Assembly (NCBI GenBank): GCA_003210755.1
Contig: QCUL01000013.1
Span: 196-64,195, forward strand
Reading direction: 5' to 3'
From: Synechococcus sp. AG-679-C18
GTDB taxonomy: Bacteria; Cyanobacteriota; Cyanobacteriia; PCC-6307; Cyanobiaceae
DNA: 64,000 nt
The position numbers were made by a program, and so were the translations under genes. This document shows, in pieces, positions 57,368 through 64,000 of this stretch; within the stretch, counting starts at the first letter, position 1; every line of letters starts with the position of its first letter. The notes beneath the pieces were generated by a model. That model saw nothing but the letters and a program-made list of their open reading frames with translations. It ran no database searches and was not told the origin of the DNA.

Positions 57368-57853
57368 TTAAGCGAGAGCGCCGATCACGTAATCGAAATA
57401 GAAGCCAGCCTCTTCGGCATCTGAGCCTGTGAGGATACTCATGGCAACGGATTTCATTTCGCGCACGGCCTCAGCCATTGCCTCAAGAGGGGTGCCAAGG
57501 GAGCGGTAAAGCTCACGGGCACCAATCACACCAATCTCTTCGATCGGAGTGACGTCGCCAGCAACCACGCCGTAAGTGACAAGACGCAGGTAATAATCCA
57601 TGTCTCGTAAACAGGTTGCAGTCATCTCCTGGCCGTAGGCATTGCCACCAGGGGAAATGACATCAGGACGCTTTTGAAACAGCTGTCCGCCTGCTGTTTT
57701 GACAATGCGCTCACGGCTCTCGCTGAGAACCTGGGCGACACGCAAGCGACGCTGCCCGCCACTGACGAAGGACTTGATCTGGTCCAATTCGCCAGGGTTG
57801 AGATAGCGGGCTTCGGCGTCCGCGTTGATGATCGAGTTGGAGACGATGCTCAT
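57368..57853 (-). CDS. apcA: allophycocyanin alpha subunit
   Basis: 161 aa, [26 protein letters not shown]...[15 protein letters not shown]... Confidence 0.97.
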   Translation of the reverse strand: MSIVSNSIINADAEARYLNPGELDQIKSFVSGGQRRLRVAQVLSESRERIVKTAGGQLFQKRPDVISPGGNAYGQEMTATCLRDMDYYLRLVTYGVVAGDVTPIEEIGVIGARELYRSLGTPLEAMAEAVREMKSVAMSILTGSDAEEAGFYFDYVIGALA

Positions 57854-57874
57854 GCAGTTCTACCTCGAAACAAG

Positions 57875-57894
57875 CGGCCGCCCGAAGGAGGCCG
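57875..57894 (-). promoter_or_regulatory. stable hairpin in the apcA 5' leader (GGCCUCC-UUCG-GGCGGCC type), just upstream of a GAGG Shine-Dalgarno
   Basis: Read directly: the minus strand is CGGCCTCCTTCGGGCGGCCG, then ...CGAGGTAGAACTGC-ATG. Confidence 0.3.
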
Positions 57895-58462
57895 ATATGC
57901 CGGTGAATGTTGGGTGAATTTGATGACCTCTAAGAGATCAGTAAGCAGCTTAAGGGCGGCTTGGGGGGTTGGACTGGGAATCCATGCTGAAAAGGGTGCA
58001 GATGTTGTATCTGTTGACCTTTCTCAGAGACGTTGGGAATGGCAGCAGCCAAATCCAACTTGTCTTCATTTATTGTCCACCAACACCAAGAATTACTTCT
58101 AAGTCGGTAACAGATCTTCACCGCTTGAGTAGCGCTTGAGGGATTTTTTGCGATAAGAAAATTGTGGCTGAAATTTCACGGTTGAAAAATGTAAAATCTA
58201 ATAAGTTTTTCAAAATTTTTTTGCAATATTCTGCCTCGAATAGCTATTGAATAATTTTTATTTCCAGATTCGAGCTGACACTCTTTATTAGAAAGGGGGC
58301 TCGGGACGTTGAGATGATTTATTTTATTATTAAGTTTGTATGCCTAGACATGCAAGCAAGAGTAAATATTTAATTATTTTTTGTCTTGAATGTCCGAACT
58401 GCGTGGAGGGTTTGCCAAGCTTTATTGGTCCAGGTTAGGTTTTGGATTTTAATTCTTATCAA

Positions 58463-61400
58463 CTATATGGGTGAATCTGTAGGTGGATTAAGACCAGCGT
58501 TCCCTCTGTAAAGCATTGATGTACGAATGATGGTGGACTGATCTTGTCCTGGAGACGTCATCATGCCATTGATTCGTGGGACATCATTAGCCTCCTCTTG
58601 CTTTCTTTGTTTCAGGAGACAAAGTGTTGCCTGCTGTTGGCCGTCTCTTGCTCGAATAATTAGAAACTCCGAGACTTCTCTGGGTGAGCTCGCACGTCCG
58701 AGTAGCGCGAGTCCTGCTGCCGCAGCTGCGCGAAGTGGAGACATGCTGAATAATCGGTTTTGAAAGTCGTCGCTTAAAGCAACGGCTTCCACAAAACCAG
58801 AAAGGTCCGAGTCTTCATTGCGTAATTGTGATTCGGCGCTTACAAGTCGTTCATTGTCGAGTGGTATTCGATTCAGGAGCTGCCTGTAAGTTTCATTTAT
58901 CGCGATCATTAGTTCTTCTTCCGTAAATGGAGCTTTTAATTGAATGAGTGAAGAAATTCCACCTCTCTTTGAGAAACCGCTTGCGTCTTTGCTCTGAAGG
59001 GCGTTCGCCAACCCAGCATTTGGCTGTTTTGGTTTTGTGATCGCAGCCGATTGAGAGGGGCTGATTCGTTGGCTTGTCCTCGAGTTGAATTTGGTTCTAG
59101 GAGTATCCGTAGAGGGGAAAACTAAAGGCTCAAGTTGAGAACCAGTGGTGAGTTGGGTCGGTGCCAATATTTGTTCTCCCCTCAGGTTGTTCAAGTTATT
59201 GAAAGGGGTCTGTCCAGAAAATGATCCCAGTTTGATTTGCAAGAGGCGATTGCAATCTGACTTGTTGCGTCGCTTCATCATGTTGCTAGTGGCTTGACGT
59301 TGCCCGTCGCTGGCTCGGTCTCTGAGAAATTCTGCTACCTCTGAAGGAACAGCAGCTTTACCAAGTAAGGCCAAACTTGCAGCAGATGCTGCTCGAAGTG
59401 GGGCGATTCGGGAGAGTCTCTCTTGAAACGCATCACTCATCGCAACTGCTTCTATAAATTCAGCCAAATTGATATTCAGATTGCGCAATTTCGATTCAGC
59501 GCTTACTAGCCGTTCATTGTCGAGAGGTATGCGATTAAGGAGTTGTCTGTAAGTTTCATCAACAGCATTTTTCAGCTCATCTTCACTAAAAGGAGACTTG
59601 AGTTCGACCCAAGAACTGATTCCTATTTTGCTAGCAAAGCCTGCTACGTCCTGACTATCAAGAGCTCTCCTGAGTCGAGCTCCGGGCACCTCAGGAGCCG
59701 CTGAGCCTTTGAAACTTACCTTCTTTGACCACGTGGGTTGTTTTGTGCTGTTTGTGGTGTTTTCAGGTTTAGTTAGAGCGATCGATGCTTCACGTGAATC
59801 GGGCTTGGTGCGTGGTGTTGTCTCCAACCAATTGTCAATAGAGCTATTGGCTTTGGACTGAAGATTCCTGGGCGTTATATCTCCAGGTGTTTTAAAACCG
59901 CTTCCTGATTTGATCTCAGGGCGCGCCCTTTGGGTGTAATCAATTTGATCGTCAAGATTGAGTTTCTCTCTCCAGGTCGGTGCACGTCGACTGGTGAGAT
60001 CCCGCGGCGTTATAAATCGTTCGTAAGGAACGGTGTCTTCACCGAAACACTCTGAAAATTCTTTGCTCGTAACAAGTGCGTCAACTAAACCGTAAAAACC
60101 TTCTCGAGCTGCAGTGTCAAAAAGGGCGTCGATCTCCCAGCGACCAAAAGTAGGCCGTCCCAATAGACGGCGATGCATCACTTCAATAGCCTTGGCGATG
60201 TAGAGACCTTCCCAGTAACGACGGCGGAATGCACTTGAACGTGCAACGAGGCGGACAAATTCCCTCACACTGATATCACCGTTCTCGAGTTTGTTCTCGT
60301 TCGTGATCAGCTTTTCGCCGGCATAACCATTATTTCCGAGGATCTGAACATAAACAGCCTTGATAACGGCTTGAGTACTCGCTTCAGTTGAACGAACACT
60401 TGGTTGTCCACCACGTCGGGGAATTGAGTTTCCCCCGGTGGCGATCTGTTGCAATCTCATCACCGTGGGTCCAACGCTCCGAGGTCGGCTATTTCGGAAC
60501 TGAGGACTGTCCATTTGCCCGGGCTGGGATAAACCATTGCTGACTAAAAGCCTGCGCGTGTCATATCCAAAAGGGGCTGGGCGTGTGGAAACAGAGGCGG
60601 TGGCAGAAGGGAAAATGGCACCGTATTGGTTACCGATTGGGTCATTCCCTCCGCCGTAGACGTGCTGATCACTCAGAGGTTGCCGGTAAGACGCGTACAG
60701 AGTGATGTATTGCGGTGAGCCTTCGAAAGGCGCGCTAAAGCGGAAAAGCCGACGATTTGAGCCCCAACCAGCACTCTCTTGGGCTTCCTCGCCGAGGTCA
60801 CGCAGGTAAGGAACTGTTTCCTCCCCAAAGGTTTGGGCGTATTCCGAACCATTAATCAACACATCAACAAGGCCGTTGAGCCCTTGATTGCTAACAATCG
60901 AAAACGCTTTGCGGAACTCTTCCAGAGAACTAATTCCACGGCCAAGAAAGTGTCTGTAAGCCAGCTCAACCACTCTGCTATTGACGAATCGGCCGTAGAA
61001 CTGAGTCCTGTATTCCTTGCTTTTGCCAAGTGCACGAATGAATTCGCGCATTGATAGTTTGCCCTGAAGGAGCTGACTGGCCTCTACTCCAGAGGGAGTT
61101 TGCGAGTAACCCTTGGCGATGTCACGTTCGAATACCTGTCGGTAAGCAGCGCGCACCACTTCTGCTTTTTCAGAACCGGAGAGGCCTGGACGCATTTCAA
61201 ACCGCTGAGCGGACTCAGCAGCTAAGGCATAGATCGCTGGCAGCTGTAGTCCTTGGCGAACGGAACTACCTAATTTCTGTCGTGTCGAAGGCGTTGGGAC
61301 AGAAAGTTCTTTGAGCAGCACGTTGAAACATTCGATGGTGAGTCGACGGGCTTCAGGTCGGTCTCGCAGGAGGGCTGCAGCCTCTGCACGCATTTCTTGC

Positions 61401-62035
61401 AGGGCCACGTTCGTCGCGAGAAGAGAGCAGCCTTTTTCGAGCAAGTCCCTTAGGCCGCGCGTATTGACAGCAAGAATGCTCGGATCGCCTGCAACTAAGG
61501 CATAGCCCACGTAACGCAGGAACCATCCCAGGTCGCGCACTGATTTGCGCATGTTCCCCGGGCCATATTTGGCAACGCTGATGGCGGCGAAGCCGGTTGG
61601 AAGGACAACACGGACATCCCCCTCGTCATTGCCTTGCAGCAGGCGAGTGAAAATATTGCCGCTTTTTTTACTTGATTCAGCTCCCGTAAAGGTTTGAATC
61701 GACGCCTGGAAAGCAACTTGATCAGCTGCGAGTGGAGTGACGTCGGAGGTTTTGGTATCGCCAGTACTCAGAGGGGCTTCAAGGAACGAGAGCGGAGTTC
61801 CTCCCACAAAAATTCTGTTAGCTGCTCGAGCAACGATTGGCTCTGCGTTCTCAGAAAGAAGTCGCGCAGCCTCAATTCGGTCGTTTCCACTCCGGAAAAA
61901 AGTGATGAGGGTGTCGAGCTCACAGCCGTCTGGGAAACGGTCTTGTTGCTCAGCCTGACGGACACTGGAGAGCGGCAGGGTGTCGTACAGCTGAGGGGAA
62001 ACCCTTGGGCTGCCGCTACTGGCGGTCACTGTCAT
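58463..62035 (-). CDS. apcE: phycobilisome core-membrane linker ApcE (LCM) with four REP linker domains
   Basis: Start at MTVTASSGSPRVSPQLYDTLPLSSVRQAEQQDRF (internal Met of ORF 58463..62077). Phycobiliprotein-like N domain with a loop insertion, then four PBS-linker repeats (YRQVFERD..., VYVQILGN..., TYRQLLNRIPLDNERL twice). Confidence 0.95.
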   Translation of the reverse strand: MTVTASSGSPRVSPQLYDTLPLSSVRQAEQQDRFPDGCELDTLITFFRSGNDRIEAARLLSENAEPIVARAANRIFVGGTPLSFLEAPLSTGDTKTSDVTPLAADQVAFQASIQTFTGAESSKKSGNIFTRLLQGNDEGDVRVVLPTGFAAISVAKYGPGNMRKSVRDLGWFLRYVGYALVAGDPSILAVNTRGLRDLLEKGCSLLATNVALQEMRAEAAALLRDRPEARRLTIECFNVLLKELSVPTPSTRQKLGSSVRQGLQLPAIYALAAESAQRFEMRPGLSGSEKAEVVRAAYRQVFERDIAKGYSQTPSGVEASQLLQGKLSMREFIRALGKSKEYRTQFYGRFVNSRVVELAYRHFLGRGISSLEEFRKAFSIVSNQGLNGLVDVLINGSEYAQTFGEETVPYLRDLGEEAQESAGWGSNRRLFRFSAPFEGSPQYITLYASYRQPLSDQHVYGGGNDPIGNQYGAIFPSATASVSTRPAPFGYDTRRLLVSNGLSQPGQMDSPQFRNSRPRSVGPTVMRLQQIATGGNSIPRRGGQPSVRSTEASTQAVIKAVYVQILGNNGYAGEKLITNENKLENGDISVREFVRLVARSSAFRRRYWEGLYIAKAIEVMHRRLLGRPTFGRWEIDALFDTAAREGFYGLVDALVTSKEFSECFGEDTVPYERFITPRDLTSRRAPTWREKLNLDDQIDYTQRARPEIKSGSGFKTPGDITPRNLQSKANSSIDNWLETTPRTKPDSREASIALTKPENTTNSTKQPTWSKKVSFKGSAAPEVPGARLRRALDSQDVAGFASKIGISSWVELKSPFSEDELKNAVDETYRQLLNRIPLDNERLVSAESKLRNLNINLAEFIEAVAMSDAFQERLSRIAPLRAASAASLALLGKAAVPSEVAEFLRDRASDGQRQATSNMMKRRNKSDCNRLLQIKLGSFSGQTPFNNLNNLRGEQILAPTQLTTGSQLEPLVFPSTDTPRTKFNSRTSQRISPSQSAAITKPKQPNAGLANALQSKDASGFSKRGGISSLIQLKAPFTEEELMIAINETYRQLLNRIPLDNERLVSAESQLRNEDSDLSGFVEAVALSDDFQNRLFSMSPLRAAAAAGLALLGRASSPREVSEFLIIRARDGQQQATLCLLKQRKQEEANDVPRINGMMTSPGQDQSTIIRTSMLYRGNAGLNPPTDSPI

Positions 62036-62135
62036 GAACGAGAGCAAGCCGGATCGAGTCAGGTTACGGCTCTTCATTCAGCCTTCTGGGCAGCCGTGAA
62101 CAAATGTTTGCAGCTCTGATGAGGTTTGGCTCTCG

Positions 62136-63404
62136 ATGGCGATCCCCCATGAAATGCTCCCTCCAGCGTTTATTTCCAGAATTGGTGAATTAATGAGCAC
62201 CCAACCCTCAGATGTGGCCACCCCAGTGGTGAGCGACTTTTATGACCGGTTCCCCTATCCAGCAGATCCACTTCAAGATGGTCCGCCACCTGGGTACAAC
62301 TGGCGTTGGTGTCACGACAGCGTGCTCGCTGTTGTGAGGGGAGGGGTAGGGACGCAGGATTTAGATCAGCCTCCTCTTCGCATTCTTGATGCCGGCTGCG
62401 GTACCGGCGTCAGCACGGACTATCTCTGCCATCTGAATCCAGGAGCAGAGGTGTTGGCTGTCGATATCAGCGCAGGTGCTCTCGATGTGGCAATTGAGCG
62501 CTTGCGTCGCTCTGGTGGGGCGGATCAAGTCCGCTCCCTACGACAGGAGCAGCGCAGCCTTCTGGACCTCCAAGAAGAAAATTGTTTTAACTACATCAAT
62601 TCGGTTGGGGTCTTGCATCATTTGCGCGACCCGCTGGCTGGATTGAAAGCACTAGGAAAACTGCTGGCTCCCAGGGGACTGCTCCACCTGTTCTTGTATG
62701 CCGAGGCAGGCCGTTGGGAGATCCATCGAACTCAAAAAGCTCTTGAGCTGCTGGAAGCTGGGACAGGTTCGGAAGGCTTGAAGTTGGGGCGTGCGCTGTT
62801 TTCAGAGTTGCCTGAGATGAATCGGTTGAGGCGAAGCCACGAACAACGCTGGACTCTTGACACCCAGGCCGACGCCAATTTTGCCGATATGTATCTTCAT
62901 CCGCAGGAAACCAGTTATGACCTTGAGTCGTTGATGACGTTGATTCACTCATCGGGTTTGCACTTTGCTGGTTTTTCGAATCCTTCGGTATGGAACCCTG
63001 CACGACTGCTCAAAGGTGAATTGCTCTTGCGCGCTAAGGCATTAACGCCATCAGCTCAATGGGCGCTTGTGGAGCAGCTCGATCCTGAGATCAGCCATTT
63101 TGAGTTTTTTTTGAGTGCTGAGCCCATCAGGCCTTTCTGTTGGGACGACGACGAGCGCTTGCTGGGAGCAAGCGCTCGTCGTCAACCGTGCTTGTGGGGA
63201 TGGCCTTCTACCAGTTTATTGGGTCCAGATTTGGAACCTCAAGTGCTTACCGAAGAGGCTTTTGAGCTTTTGAGCCTTGTGGAGAACAATCCTGGCGTGA
63301 AGCTTGGAAGCCTTCATTCAGCTGAGAACACGGCCTCCATTGCAAGGGATCTGTTGCAGAGAAAGTTGCTTCTGCTTGAAGGGTCAGGGGGTGATGAATG
63401 TTGA
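62136..63404 (+). CDS. class I SAM-dependent methyltransferase with C-terminal extension
   Basis: 422 aa. ILDAGCGTGVSTDYL motif I. The start may be the internal MSTQPSD. Confidence 0.7.
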   Translation: MAIPHEMLPPAFISRIGELMSTQPSDVATPVVSDFYDRFPYPADPLQDGPPPGYNWRWCHDSVLAVVRGGVGTQDLDQPPLRILDAGCGTGVSTDYLCHLNPGAEVLAVDISAGALDVAIERLRRSGGADQVRSLRQEQRSLLDLQEENCFNYINSVGVLHHLRDPLAGLKALGKLLAPRGLLHLFLYAEAGRWEIHRTQKALELLEAGTGSEGLKLGRALFSELPEMNRLRRSHEQRWTLDTQADANFADMYLHPQETSYDLESLMTLIHSSGLHFAGFSNPSVWNPARLLKGELLLRAKALTPSAQWALVEQLDPEISHFEFFLSAEPIRPFCWDDDERLLGASARRQPCLWGWPSTSLLGPDLEPQVLTEEAFELLSLVENNPGVKLGSLHSAENTASIARDLLQRKLLLLEGSGGDEC

Positions 63405-63835
63405 TTCGCGTGATAGATTCCGGCCGCTTTCTCAGGCGCTCTTTGCAAGCCTTGCCCTCCACAGATTCAGCTGAGGTGTCAAACCCTGCTGGAGATGGTA
63501 TGGAGCATTTTGCTCGGCTTCAATTTCGGCTGATTGTGGCCACGTTGCTCGTGTCTCTCGCTGCGGTTTTGTTCGCATCGTTTTACTTCGACCTTTTCGT
63601 GGCCAGAAGCCTGCTGGTTGGAGCAGTCGCTGGTCTTCTTTACTTGCGACTTCTCGCCCGCAGCGTTGCCCGTTTAGGCGGAGAATCCCGAAAGGTCGGT
63701 CGTTTTCAGTTGTTGGTTCCGGCTCTCCTCGTGGTAGCAGCAGCCAAGTCCCCACAACTGGATTTCCTTCCTGCCTTTATTGGATTTCTTCTCTACAAGC
63801 CTGCACTGATCCTTCAGGCTCTCTTTGACGACTGA
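63398..63835 (+). CDS. ATP synthase protein I (atp1-type small hydrophobic protein)
   Basis: 145-aa ORF directly upstream of the F0 subunit a gene. Hydrophobic helices (LIVATLLVSLAAVLFASF, LLVPALLVVAAA). The start is uncertain (an internal MEHF is possible). Confidence 0.6.
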   Translation: MLIRVIDSGRFLRRSLQALPSTDSAEVSNPAGDGMEHFARLQFRLIVATLLVSLAAVLFASFYFDLFVARSLLVGAVAGLLYLRLLARSVARLGGESRKVGRFQLLVPALLVVAAAKSPQLDFLPAFIGFLLYKPALILQALFDD

Positions 63836-63856
63836 TTCCGCTCAATTATCTCGCTA

Positions 63857-64000
63857 ATGGCTCTTCCGCCTCTTCAACTTCCCTTCGCTGAACTGGAGGT
63901 GGGTAACCACCTCTACTGGCAGATCGGTGATCTGAATATTCATGGACAGGTTTTTCTGAGCTCATGGGTGGTGATTGGTCTTCTTCTTGCTGTTGTTGTG
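63857..64000 (+). CDS. atpB: ATP synthase F0 subunit a, 5' partial (runs off the window)
   Basis: Hand translation: [48 protein letters not shown]. This is the typical cyanobacterial subunit a N terminus (atpI in chloroplast nomenclature). Confidence 0.85.
   Translation, partial: MALPPLQLPFAELEVGNHLYWQIGDLNIHGQVFLSSWVVIGLLLAVVV

Noticed and set aside
58122-58462. AT-rich 340-bp spacer between apcE and apcA with an 8-nt AT-only inverted repeat (TTGAAAAA / TTTTTCAA)
   Set aside because: This is most simply the apcABC promoter region plus the apcE 3' end. The inverted repeat is short, AT-only and expected by chance in such sequence.

Overview
This window looks like chromosomal DNA from a marine Synechococcus-type picocyanobacterium. 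Supporting evidence: rpoC1 and rpoC2 are separate genes, a full allophycocyanin core set (apcE-apcA-apcB-apcC) is present, there is an HLIP gene, the biotin operon is BioK-type, and the coding GC is moderate. All family calls come from reading motifs in the supplied translations and from my own hand translations. No searches were run.

The backbone is mostly conserved housekeeping genes:
- rimP-nusA-ylxR-infB plus a membrane protein with a low-complexity tail
- htrA-like protease, rpiA, hisD, rpsT, tatD
- rpoB-rpoC1-rpoC2
- hli, rlmN, an SSS transporter, and a HEAT / DUF2997 / DUF1257 / ferredoxin module
- rsmG, and bioF-bioK-bioC-bioD-bioA
- a Ski2-like helicase, fumC, purB, tlyA, glnB, queF
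- ccsB-ccdA, ftsW, the apc genes, and the start of the atp operon

Points worth a second look:
1. A co-directional cassette at 14.7-17.6 kb sits directly upstream of rimP. It encodes a family-3 lipoprotein SBP, a signal-peptide-bearing Gly-rich repeat precursor with five aromatic-X-Asn motifs, a translationally coupled radical SAM/SPASM enzyme, and a secreted two-Cys protein. This is a GRRM / triceptide-like RiPP system whose product and role in marine picocyanobacteria are, as far as I know, unknown.
2. Two essential genes are interrupted. infB has one extra base in a C7 run. rpoC2 has an in-frame TAG in the invariant trigger-loop motif GEPGT(Q)[10 protein letters not shown].
3. Two AT-rich, ORF-poor islets (about 0.3-1.9 kb and 4.3-7.8 kb) are present, the second abutting tRNA-Thr(CGU). 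Three decayed genes lie in or beside them: an SGNH hydrolase and a Nif11-leader peptide precursor inside the second islet, and a GGCT-like gene in the GC-normal block between the islets. A pair of 21-nt direct repeats lies in the second islet.
4. Smaller items: a GTA-N8-TAC (NtcA-type) box upstream of an orf80-glnB unit; a four-REP ApcE whose REP3 and REP4 share an identical 22-aa block encoded with 8 synonymous differences; several sub-60-aa membrane ORFs wedged into operons; and a 195-nt convergent gene overlap.

I found no rRNA, CRISPR array, transposase or integrase.
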